Program-made: the position numbers and the translations under genes | In this document: in pieces, positions 13,349 through 24,493 of the stretch | Layout: each line of letters begins with the position of its first letter | Numbering within the stretch: the first letter of the stretch is position 1 | NCBI GenBank assembly: GCA_951406725.2 | Contig: OX597821.1 | Location: 69,068,001-69,132,000 of the forward strand | Direction: 5' to 3' | Origin: Octopus vulgaris | Lineage: Eukaryota | Length of the DNA: 64,000 bases | The notes under the pieces: model-generated | What the model was told of the DNA's origin: nothing | Database searches by the model: none | Seen by the model: only the letters and a program-made list of their open reading frames with translations

Positions 13349-14103
13349 TGTATCTCTTCTCCAGCCACTCCTGCCCTAGTCATTCCTACTCACCTTGTAT
13401 CTTGAAGGTCCACTCTGACACTAATTTTGAACTTTACCCTACCCTTACCCCCATCTCTTTTAAGCTATGAGTGGTTGGTGCTAGGACGGGCATACAGCCT
13501 TAGTAACTATGCCAGTTATTGGAGCATAGACATTAAATGATGTCCCCTCTCCAACCATACACACACACACACACACACACAAATGCATATACATGCATAC
13601 ATATACACACATTACATAACCAGCTATGTTAATACCAATATATTGTCTGAAGTTTTTCTGAAGATTGACTTTGTGGGAAACTAAAGGTAAATGGGGGCAT
13701 TCCAGGACTGAAAACTATTCTGTATAAAACTTTCCATATTATTGCTTTTTGGATACTTAAAATTTGGAAAACTAAAACAGAAACGGTGCACTAGAATGGG
13801 ATTATTGAAGTATTACTAGATGTTAAGCTTCTACTCACTTCTTAAGTCAAAATCAAATGTAATGTTTGTTTACAAACTTTCTCAGTCAACTTTAGGTAGA
13901 GTATCTGCATTATACTTGATTTTATTGCGATGCTATCTGCAATGAAATGATATTATCTTTATTAATTTCTTTTTAATATAATTTCCGTCACTTGTGCATC
14001 AGCTATTCTGTGTGTACTACTATTCTTAACTTGCTATACATTAAACCATCAAATGTTGGTTCAAGTTTGAGCAGGATATCTTCAAATTAATGAGACATAT
14101 ATC

Positions 14104-14344
14104 TTTTATCTTGTTTCAATCATTGAACTGTGGTCATGCTGGAGCACACTCACTACCTTGAAGGCTTTAGTTAAACAAATTGACCCCAGTACTTATTTTT
14201 AAGTCTGGTTCTTATTTTTTCTGTTGCTTTTACCAAAACACTCAGAGCTATAGCAGAAGACACTTACTCTAGGTACCATGCAGTGGGACTGAACCCAAAA
14301 CTGTGTGGCTGCAAGGCAAGCTTCTTAATCACGCAGCTATGCCT
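14104..14344 (-). mobile_element. Dominant SINE, internally deleted copy
   Basis: Tail and head motifs of the family are both present. Confidence 0.65.
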
Positions 14345-15215
14345 ACACTGTGTAGGAGGTTTAGAAAGGTTGGATGTCATGATGTCGCAGTTCTTTCTCA
14401 AAACCCATTCTCTTGTTGTATTTGACATCAGTTGTATAACATCGCCATAATAGATCTGTTACAAGGGAAGCTACACTATGGAGTGATAGTAATGTTGTGC
14501 AACAAGTTCATCCTTGAATATGTTAAATTTGTTGCTGCTACAAAAGAGATAATGGTGGAAAGGTAGACATTTTGTAGTCATTCATCGAAATAAAAGATCA
14601 GAGGATTCTTATTCAAATGAGCTGACTCTAGACCTCACTTAAACTCAGTGACTGGCGAGTGCCTTACCATATTTCCATCATTAAAGAGAGGAAAGAGGTT
14701 ATATATACTTAAAGCTACTATTTATCATGATAATCTGACGGTAGCATCTATGACATTCTTGACAATAGCATCTGCTCAACTGAATGATGTAAAAGTACTT
14801 AATCACACATATTTACAAATACGCGCGAGTAAGTATATACACACGAATGAAATAAAGAGGCACTCAAGGTATTTAATTGGAGTTACATGTATTTTGAATA
14901 GTTTGATTCAGCCATGTTTCTGCTGGCCTGTAAGTCCCTCCTTCAAAGTTCTTCCAAAGACTTGCCTGACACCATGGTGCCCCCAGCTTCCTGTCCAGCC
15001 ATGCGGTCCAAGAAATTCTCCCTTCTAATGTATCTGGTATCAATGAAATGTTCATCTCACTTATGATCAGCAACACCTTATGATCCACCTTGGCCAGTAG
15101 CAGCCATCTTGGACTTCCTGTATATCTCCATTTGGTAAGCTGATAAGCTGATCCTGTCAGGAGCCTGAGGAACTTTATGTTGCTTGGAGCTGAATCAAAT
15201 AATCAAACTGTTTTA

Positions 15216-15268
<53 letters not shown>

Positions 15269-15337
15269 CATATATATGTGCTCCAGCATGGCCGCAGTCA
15301 AATGACTGAAACAAGTAAAGAGTATACACACACACAC

Positions 15338-15368
<31 letters not shown>

Positions 15369-15439
15369 CATACATACATACACATATATATATATATATA
15401 TATATATACGCGAGAATGAAGCAACAAGAATGGATAGGT

Positions 15440-15530
15440 TTTTAGTACAATCGTTTCATACAAGGACAGGTTTTATTAAAAGTTGCAAAAATTACAGCAT
15501 ATAAACGTGTCCCGTACTCATCAGCTAAAA
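15440..15530 (-). ncRNA. Type I hammerhead ribozyme motif with 60-nt stem II
   Basis: UUUUAG CUGAUGA GUACGGGACA...UGUCCUUGUAU GAAAC GAUU GUA^CUAAAA. Complete core, 6-bp stem I, near-palindromic stem III ACGAUUGU. Confidence 0.8.
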
Positions 15531-15829
15531 TACATGTGAGTTCTCTAGACATCCTAGTGGTTGAGGCTATACTCATGAAGTAATGTAGATAATTAAGTAA
15601 CATAAACAGATTTCAAAAGTTCATTAAAGTTCTTTAAAGATGATGTACAGTCTTATCACAGAATTTTAAAAAAGTCTTAATAGCATCACAGAGAAGGTGA
15701 CCTAATCCATAGTGCACATATGAATTTCCAGAGATATGATGAGGGATTACATACTCACAGAAGACAAATTTATCCATTGTTAATTACAACGAGGTGGGTT
15801 TCAATTCCTGCTTATTAGCATTACAGAGA

Positions 15830-15956
15830 TTTTAGCTGATGAGTACGGGACACGTTTATATGCTGTAATTTTTGCTGATGAGTACGGGACACGTTTATAT
15901 GCTGTAATTTTTGCAACTTTTAATAAAACCTGTCCTTGTATGAAACGATTGTACTA
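15830..15956 (+). ncRNA. Rearranged copy of the same hammerhead
   Basis: Same core. 39-bp tandem duplication (15835/15874) gives two CUGAUGA boxes, and the 3' strand of stem I is shortened to CUA. Confidence 0.55.
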
Positions 15957-16119
15957 TCCATTCTTGTTGCTTCATTCTCGCTTATAATCACCCCACATTA
16001 CTGTATTGTTAAATCAGTATAGTTTTTTTTGGTGCATCTAAGTTAGGTACCATATTCAAGTAAATTCATTTAAATTAACTTGAATCTTTATTGCTTTTTA
16101 TATATATATATATATATAT

Positions 16120-16181
<62 letters not shown>

Positions 16182-17891
16182 GTACATATATATACATACA
16201 TAAGCATATATATATATATGAAGGGCTTCTTTCAGTTTGTGTTACGGAAAACATTCAAGGTTTTGGTTGGCCGGGGCCTATAGAAGACACTTGCACAAGG
16301 TGCTACGTAGAGGGACTGAACTCAAAAACTATGTGGTTGAGAAATAAACTTCATACCACACAGCCATGCTTGTGCTACCCTCAACGTATCTATGTTTTTA
16401 TGTATTTCACAAACTTCTCTCTATGTTAATATTACATGCTTTGGCTCTGCAGTGTTAGAAGACTTCCTTACTGTTGCTCTGGCCATAGTTGTTACTTGGT
16501 ATACCATATGCCTTTCTATCACAATCAGTACCAGAAAACCCTGAATGTAAATAAAATGATGGTAGCCTTTATTTTATCAGTGCTCATCATCCCATATATA
16601 CTTGGTCATCTATGTGATAGGTTGGTACCAAACTAAGGTTAATAATGTTTGTAATATGCACGACTGCAGTATATTACTGGTCCTCATTTTATTAACACTT
16701 ATATACATACATGAAAAATAAAACTATCCTTTTGTATCCAAGAACATGAAAGGCAATTTACTGTGAGTCTTTGTCTTAGAGAAAAAACATATTTTTTGTT
16801 AATAGGCTTTGTGTGTAAAAAACTTATGAAGCTGAGCTCCAAGTGACATCAATGAACTACCAGATACAGTTTTTGGTGTGATTTCACCTCTTCAGTTACA
16901 GATAGCATGTAGGTCATTTGCAGTTAAGCCAGAACTTTTATTGATCATCATCATTATCACATATAAAAATTTAAAAAATAATCCTAGCAGAGTATGAACT
17001 CTGATCAGTGAAACTCCAAGCTAGGCACCAAACTGTATCCAATATAGCGTCTACCATTTACTGGCTCCATGATATGTGAGACAAGTACACTGGAATCAGT
17101 TGATCCTAAGACTTGGTTTCAGTTTCCAGTTGTATGTCATTTCACTTCACATTTACTGGTAATGCTCTTGAACACCACACAACTTCATTTGTTCTCCTCT
17201 GTAAATATCAAGTATGACTGGCTTTGAGTGCCTGTTTATAAAACTAAGATCAGTTTTCCATAGTTATGCAGTGTGCTCTACTTTCTCAGATAACCCATGT
17301 CAGTTATGTTCTGTTTACAACTAGGTTATCCATCCAGCCATTGCCACTACGCACAAGACTTTAACCCCTTATCTCTGGAGCTATTTCTAATCTGACATCT
17401 TTGAAGAAATCTTTTTGATATTTCCCTCAGTTTTCCTCTTTCACTTTTATAAAAAAAATGTCCTTCAACACTTGGGAATCTTTATTTGTTTTGCTTAGAA
17501 TTTGTGGTCTCTCTTTTTTCATTTCTATAGACACCTCCTATAAGTTAATTCCACTCTAATTTTGCAGCAAAAGCCATATATCTAGTTGACCTGTTTCTAG
17601 TTTTCTTTGAAACAACAGTCTACCATAATTTAAATACAAAGTAACCTCTACATAGTCACTGATCCTACTAGAAATAGCAGCCAAATCTTTTAAATCACAT
17701 CCTGCTATCTAAAAGAAAAAGCGAGACATAATGGGTATTGTGATTATAGGTACAATGTCTGAATACATATCTTGTCTAGTAGGATTTTAAATACCAGCAA
17801 AATATCCCCTGAACAACAAATAAACTTCAAATTCTCCACTCTATCTATTTGAGTTATTTCAAAGTTGACTGACCTCTTTCACCTATAAAGC

Positions 17892-17937
<46 letters not shown>

Positions 17938-18947
17938 TAGAAGCATACTCTTGACAGGGAGACTTAGTGGTGAATAATAAATAGTTACATTTGATTTGCA
18001 ACACTTCTGCAGTTACTTTAGTTTTGGGGTAGTTGTTTTTACAGTTTAATGCAGTTTATACATTTAACCATTCAACTATGATGTAAGACTGAAACTTGTT
18101 AGTTTAAACACACTGAGACAAGTGGAGTCATGAGCTTTGTCCAAGGACAAAAATCCGTGGCTGTACTAAGATTTGGACTTTTGATTATTTAGTCACCTGT
18201 CCACCAACTTAATTTCTCTCTCTCTATTTTCCAGGTTTACCCTGGATAAGATAAATGTTTGATGGATTAGTTCTTGCTACAACTGGATGCTTTTCCTGTC
18301 TCTGATCATCTTGAAGTAGAGGTTTAGGAACATAATGCCAGTCAGACAAACTTGAGAAAGCAGATTTATTTGTTTTATTCAGAGATATTGTACATTGTAG
18401 TGGCTGTGACAGTGACACTCACATCAGAATAAATATGGTAGTGATATTAAGCATGGTGTTCATAGCCCAACAGCTTAGGCTCTGATACCCATAATGCAAC
18501 AGCTGTGACATATACCCATTCTATAACACCTTTGGGTGTATTGCTCACACCACATAAGCTGGGTAGTGATGCACTCACCACAATTGTGATATTTATACCT
18601 ATGCAGTGCAACAGTTGTAATGGTTAGTTTACATTACTCCACAAGGAGCATAGATCTGGTTTCTCTGGCGTATATCTTCTTCCTTGGTTGGGGCGCCAGT
18701 CTGCTACAGGATTACTCATTTTTACAAGCTGAGTGGACTGGAGCAATGTGAAATGAAGTGTTTTGCTCAAGAACACAACGTGTTGCCCAGTCCAGGAATC
18801 AAAACCATAATCTTATGATCATGAGTCCAACACTCTAACCTCCACATTATAATAGTGGCACCTATTCCAAAATAACTGATAGTAACACCTACATCACAAT
18901 AGCTGTTTTTATGGTATGGCTATCACTGTCATAAGTCATATCTCTTA

Positions 18948-21900
18948 TGATTGATTGATTGATTCTAGTTTCAGCTTATGAGCTGTGGCCATGCTGGGGC
19001 ACCGCCATTTGGTGTTGCTACTTGGTTTCACTTCATGGAGGCTTTCTAGCAACTGCTATTTGGTGCATGAGAGAGTTCGATGCAGCTGCCCTCATCTGCC
19101 CCTCCTGCCGTGAAGTTGGTTCATCTGGGACACCTGACAGGAAGAGATCCAGCTTCATTTTAAAGACATCTGTATCCACCCCATGCAGGTCTCTCAGGTT
19201 CTTCGGGAGGATATTGAAGAGCTGTGGGCCTCGGAAGCCCAGGCTATCACAGTATCTTGTCCTACATCTTGATGGCAGGTTTGGAGTCCTAGGCACCACG
19301 CAGTGGCGCCCAGTTCTGGCATTTGCGTAACTCTCGATGCCAAAGTTCAGGACACTTCCCTCCAGGATCTTCCAGATGTATATTATGGCATATCTTTCCC
19401 GCCTACGCTCCAGGGAATATAATTTTAATCTCTTGAGTCTTTCCCAGTAGCTTACATTCTGCATAGAGGCTATCTTCTTTGTGTAGCTTCGTTGGATCGC
19501 CTCAAGTTCTGTGATAAACTTGACACTGGATGGTGACCATAGCTGAGAGCAATAGTCAAAGTGGCTTAGGACAAGTGTCTTCCAGAGGACCATCATGGTT
19601 TCTTGTTCTCTTGTTCTAAAGGTTCTAAGAATCCATCCAGCCAGCCGTCTACATTTCATTGTCAGTTTAGCAACATGTACATGAAAGGTCGCGTCATCAC
19701 TCATGTGAATACCCAGGTCACGCACTGATTGTGCCTCTGGGATTGCAATCCCTCCGGGTCCAGTGTATTCATTGGGTATTGCATTCAGTTTTGCATGCTG
19801 ATAGTATAAAGCTTGAAACTTTCCAGCATTGAACTGCATGCTATTCTTTTCAGCCCACTTGTATATTTCGTCCAGCTCACATTGCAGGTGTTTAGTGTCC
19901 TCAGGGTTCTGTATTGCCTGTGAAACTTTTGTATCATCTGCATAACTTGTGATCGTGGCTCTCTGCGTGGCTGAGGGCATGTCTGAGAGGGCCATTATGA
20001 ACAGTAGTGGTCCCAGAACAGTGCCCTGCGGAACACCGCTCACTATTTGTGTGTTAATGGAGGTGGCCCCATTGGCTACTACCACCTGACTTCTATCCTT
20101 CAGAAAGTCATGAAGCCATTCTCCCAGTTTTCCAACAATGTTGAGATCACGCAGTTTGTGACATATCATTCCATGATCGACTTTATCAAAGGCCTTTGCA
20201 AAGTCGAGATATATCACTTCCACATTTGAGTGGTTGAGCAGCCGTTTCAGCACCCAGTCATAGTGTTGTAGGAGCTGAGTTAAACAGCTTCTCCCTGGTC
20301 GGAAACCATGTTGGGTGTCGGGCAGCAAGTCATTCTCTTCAAGGAAGGTGATCAGCTTCCTTCTGACTATTCGTTCCATGACCTTGCTGATGTGTGAGGT
20401 CAGAGAGATAGGTCTATAGTTCTTGGCTTCCGCTCTGCTACCTCCTTTATGAATGGGGCATATTTTACCTTCCTTCAGTTTTCCTGGAAGTTTGCCAGCT
20501 GCAAGGAAGCTCTGAAAGAGGAACTGCAGTGGTCTTGCTAGGACTCTCTTACATGCTTTTAGGAGGATTGCCGGGAATCCATCGGGGCCAGTAGCTGAGT
20601 CTGTTTTCATTTCATCTATAGCCTTGGTTACATCGTCTTCATTTATATCGATGTAATCTATCGTCGCCGCCTCTGATTTTATATCTGCAGTGGTAAAAAA
20701 GTCAGTTGGATTGGTGATTTGGAGATGCCCAAGGGGTGGAGTGAAAACACTCTTGAATTGCTCATTCAGTATTTCACTTACCCTCATTGGTTTTTCTGTA
20801 AGTGTGCCATCCTTTTCGAGGAGTGGCCCTATTCTACAGTGCACTGTAGCTGTTTCTTTGGCATACCTGTAGAAAGCTCTGGGGTTAGATTTTATGTTTT
20901 CTACAGCCCAGGCTTCTTTGTCTGCTCTTTCTTTTTCATGGGAGAGTTGCAGACATTTTTCGATTTCCAACAGTTTTATTTTTAGGCGGGACTTTTCACT
21001 GCTTTCAATCTGTTTGTTTAGGCGATTTGAAAATTTCGTACGCCGTCTCATTAAAATTTTCCTCTCTCTGGGGATTTTGTTCTTGTGTACAGTGGCCTTT
21101 CTCTCTGGGACACATTTGTAGCATATGGCTTGCATTACAGACATGAATTGTTGAAGTTTCACGTCGATGTCTGGCGAGGAGAGACATTCAGGCCAGTTTT
21201 GTTTGAGGATCTCTTTCTCAATTTGTTTCCAGTTTGCCTTATGGTAGTTCAAGCTGGAAAGATTTTGAGGGTTTCTTGTAGGCTGCATGTCCGTGCTCTC
21301 TTTTGGCCCGTACATGGTCAGCTCTACCATGTTGTGATCCGAGAGTAGTGTCGGTGTCACTTTCACATTATGGATGAGATCCATGTCATTTGTGAAGCAG
21401 AGATCCAGTGTGTTACCTGCCCTGGTTGGTTGGAGTATTACCTGCTCCATGTACAGGGTGTTGATGAGGTTCAGGAGGGACCTCGCCTGTCCTCGTTCAC
21501 ATCTTGTCATTCCTGGGAGAGAAAGGCCCTCGGGCCATCTGACATTGGGCAGATTGAAGTCTCCCATAAGAAGCACACCTATGTGTTGTTCTAATGTGGT
21601 TAGAATTTCTTCTATTTTTATAAGGCAGTCTTCGAACTTGCCCACATGGCTTGGGGCATCTGGAGGGCGATATGTAGCACACACAACTACATCAAGTTGC
21701 CTAATATGTACAATTAGTGTGTCACACACCGAGTTTGAGTATGACAAGAGGACCTGGGGTGTGAGGTCCTCACGGATGTACATAGCAACACCTCCATGAC
21801 TCCTTTCTTTCCTGTCGGTCCGTAGTACAGCATACTGTGGTATGTGTAACTCCGCATCTGCTATGTCCGGTTTCAGGTGCGTTTCTGTAAGTGCTATGCA

Positions 21901-22000
21901 TAAGGCTTGATTGCATGCAACAAAGTCTCTCAGGAACGGGATCTTTGTCCTGTTACTGAGTGTTTGCAGTCCTCTGATGTTCAGTAGGAGTATAGCCCTG
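18948..22000 (-). mobile_element. CR1-group (CR1/L2/Crack-like) LINE, 5'-truncated, ORF1 absent
   Basis: APE+RT ORF, ~70-bp 3' UTR with a stem-loop, (AATC)n tail at 18948-18964. Possible short TTATGA target duplication. Confidence 0.9.
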
Positions 22001-22071
22001 AGTATTATGACATCACTTGGTGTAATGTTATATTGCTTCCACAACTGTTCCAGTTGTTGAAATGTGGGCAT
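19033..22071 (-). CDS. LINE ORF2: apurinic-like endonuclease + reverse transcriptase (1012 aa from first in-frame ATG)
   Basis: Endonuclease motifs LLNIRGL, ALTETHL, YRPP, GDFNLP, TLDL, SDHN. RT motifs NYRPISLTS, QHGFRPGRSC, YLDFAKAFDKV, GVPQGTVLGPLLF, YADD. No stops or frameshifts. Confidence 0.92.
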   Translation of the reverse strand: MPTFQQLEQLWKQYNITPSDVIILRAILLLNIRGLQTLSNRTKIPFLRDFVACNQALCIALTETHLKPDIADAELHIPQYAVLRTDRKERSHGGVAMYIREDLTPQVLLSYSNSVCDTLIVHIRQLDVVVCATYRPPDAPSHVGKFEDCLIKIEEILTTLEQHIGVLLMGDFNLPNVRWPEGLSLPGMTRCERGQARSLLNLINTLYMEQVILQPTRAGNTLDLCFTNDMDLIHNVKVTPTLLSDHNMVELTMYGPKESTDMQPTRNPQNLSSLNYHKANWKQIEKEILKQNWPECLSSPDIDVKLQQFMSVMQAICYKCVPERKATVHKNKIPRERKILMRRRTKFSNRLNKQIESSEKSRLKIKLLEIEKCLQLSHEKERADKEAWAVENIKSNPRAFYRYAKETATVHCRIGPLLEKDGTLTEKPMRVSEILNEQFKSVFTPPLGHLQITNPTDFFTTADIKSEAATIDYIDINEDDVTKAIDEMKTDSATGPDGFPAILLKACKRVLARPLQFLFQSFLAAGKLPGKLKEGKICPIHKGGSRAEAKNYRPISLTSHISKVMERIVRRKLITFLEENDLLPDTQHGFRPGRSCLTQLLQHYDWVLKRLLNHSNVEVIYLDFAKAFDKVDHGMICHKLRDLNIVGKLGEWLHDFLKDRSQVVVANGATSINTQIVSGVPQGTVLGPLLFIMALSDMPSATQRATITSYADDTKVSQAIQNPEDTKHLQCELDEIYKWAEKNSMQFNAGKFQALYYQHAKLNAIPNEYTGPGGIAIPEAQSVRDLGIHMSDDATFHVHVAKLTMKCRRLAGWILRTFRTREQETMMVLWKTLVLSHFDYCSQLWSPSSVKFITELEAIQRSYTKKIASMQNVSYWERLKRLKLYSLERRRERYAIIYIWKILEGSVLNFGIESYANARTGRHCVVPRTPNLPSRCRTRYCDSLGFRGPQLFNILPKNLRDLHGVDTDVFKMKLDLFLSGVPDEPTSRQEGQMRAAASNSLMHQIAVARKPP

Positions 22072-23357
22072 CCGTTGTGTGTGTTGTGTTATATCACTTC
22101 CCGCTGTCAATTAGAATCATGTTATTGTAGACCTGCCAATTATTCCAATTTCAATCTAATGACTTAGTTAAGATAAATGTAATTTAGCTAAGTATTGTTT
22201 TGAATTAGTGGTTGATGTCTAAGTTAACACTCACCTACATTATATTCATTCACTTATCTAGTGCTTACATTTGACTATCTTGCCAGATGCTGTTTTTTTT
22301 ATTTATTATTATTTGATTTTTTTTTTTTACTTTTTGAATTTTTATGGTTTCATCAAAGGAGAGGAGGCAGCATCATTGTGACCTTTGCAGGACCTCCAAG
22401 ATTGGTGCAAGGAGGGGAAGGGAAGGAGAAATCACCACTTGTGGGTTTGATGCTAACCACTAGTATAGCCCTGCTGGAAGTCTGTGGTTGCAGGTGGGCC
22501 GGCAAATAAATAGGGCAGAAAATACAGCAATATATTTAAACCATCACACACACACACACACGTGTGCGTGCGCACATGTGTGTGTAGGCAATACAATGGA
22601 CTTGGGCCATGCCAAACTCTTGTTATATCTGAAAGCAAGCTTCTTCCTTGTGTAAAATTCAATAACACAAACAGTGACTCTTTGCAAGGGAGGGTGTGTT
22701 ATAGAACACAACCCATCAGCTAGAAATAACTGTCAAATATCCTTGTTTTCTATTTTAAATAGTTTCTCTTACTCTAGGTACCGATTTAGGGTCTATGGCC
22801 TATGGGGATATTGAATAGTAATGTTCCAGGTTTTACTAGATGGTTCCTTAGATTCTATATCATCATCATCAACCCTTGGCCATTACTGTGTCATGTCTTA
22901 TGACTCATAGGACCAGATACTTGATTTCCATGGCATATTAGTGACTGAGATCACAAATCTTTTTCCTGAATGGGATGCCAATCTGTCATAGTGTATCTAT
23001 TACATAGAGCAATGTGAAATGAAGTGTTTTGCGGAAGAACACAATTTACTACGCGCTTGAGGTATTGAAATTACAATCCTACAATCTCGAGTTCAACACC
23101 CTAGTTACTAGGCTATTCTCCTTAGATTAGAAGTACTTTATTATTTTTTGCTTTTGTTTTCACAGTCTTACTGAATATCATTTATGTAATATCAGCACTT
23201 TGTTAGTTGGTTAATTTTGTTTCTACTTGTAATTTCTGCTTGTATAATGCAAATTTATTTTCTCAGCTTTCAGTTTATGGTGTTTCATGATATAGTCAAT
23301 TTTTTTTTTTTTTTCATGTTTAAAAGAATTAAGAAACATTAAGAAACATAAAAATAA

Positions 23358-23572
23358 TCCTTTCTACTATAAGTATGATGCCTGAAATCTTTTAGGGGTG
23401 TGGGACCGGTCAATTACATTGACCCTAGTACTCAGCTTACACTAATTTCATCAACCCCAAATGGGTTAAAAAAACGAAGTCGACCATGACAGAATTTGAA
23501 CTTAGAATGTTGGGATGGATGAAATGCTGCTAAGCATTTTGTCTGGCACGTTAACAATTCTGTCAGTTTGCT
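23358..23572 (-). mobile_element. tRNA-derived SINE with GGGGTTGATAAAATAAGTACCAG-type central domain (Meta-domain-like)
   Basis: Homologous to 47247-47455, 48087-48300, 51460-51627 and 58591-58785. Confidence 0.55.
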
Positions 23573-24443
23573 GTAAATTGATTTGATAACGAACAACAAG
23601 AAGGCTTACTCTGTGTGTGTGCGTGCGCGCGCAGTAAGGTGACTGAAAGTTTAATGGAGTTTTTACTATAGAAATCATTGATGACATTTTAACTTGCTTC
23701 TGTATGCCATTTGACCATAGGTCAGCTCTGACTAAACAGGCCTGTGTTCAAAGGCATTCCAACCATGACCATTCTGTCATAGTTTTCAGGACTCATTCAT
23801 TATATAATGTATCTTTTCCTTTTATTAAGAGAGGTGTGTGTTATTTGGAGGAGATTTGGCTGCTAGGTCAAGTGACCTTGTGTGTAGAGAGGCTCATAGT
23901 TGTTTATCTATTTGGTAATAATCTAAATTGTTGAAAAAGAAGTCAGATTCTCTCTGTATTGAATATAGTTACAGTGACCTACTTTGGTACATAGTCACTA
24001 GTTACTACTATCAATATAATAAGGTTGTGTAAGTCATTAGTATTACGCATGTGTATGTTTGTGTGTGTGTGTGTATATATGTATGTATGTATACGTACAT
24101 GCACCTTTTGGGTGGGTCTTTTTTTATTTTAAATACTGTTTTTTTTTTTTTTTTTTTGGTTTTTTAATACTTATACTCATGTTCTGTATTTGCTAGAAGT
24201 TGACTCTGAAATAATATATATATAGTCTGGGAACAGCAGGGGAAAAATGTTAGCAAGTCTTTGTGTAATACAATAATTAATCTTTTGATTTATTTTTGCT
24301 TTAATACTGGAAATATTTTATTCTCAACTCTCATACACGTGGTAGAGGATGGTGAGAAAAAAGTACAAGTTGTATTTGCTTATAGTTGCTTTTTTTCTTT
24401 CTTTTCTGTTTTTAATTTTATTCATTATAGAACTTAATGTAGT

Positions 24444-24493
<50 letters not shown>

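Larger units (their letters stand above)
15409..16098. mobile_element. Non-coding Penelope-like/retrozyme-like element with inverted hammerhead-bearing repeats
   Basis: 15409-15530 is the reverse complement of 15830-15981, apart from a 39-bp duplication and an 8-bp deletion. Flanked by (TA)n. Confidence 0.7.

Noticed and set aside
20047-21799. Plus-strand ORFs inside the LINE
   Set aside because: Antisense shadows of ORF2.
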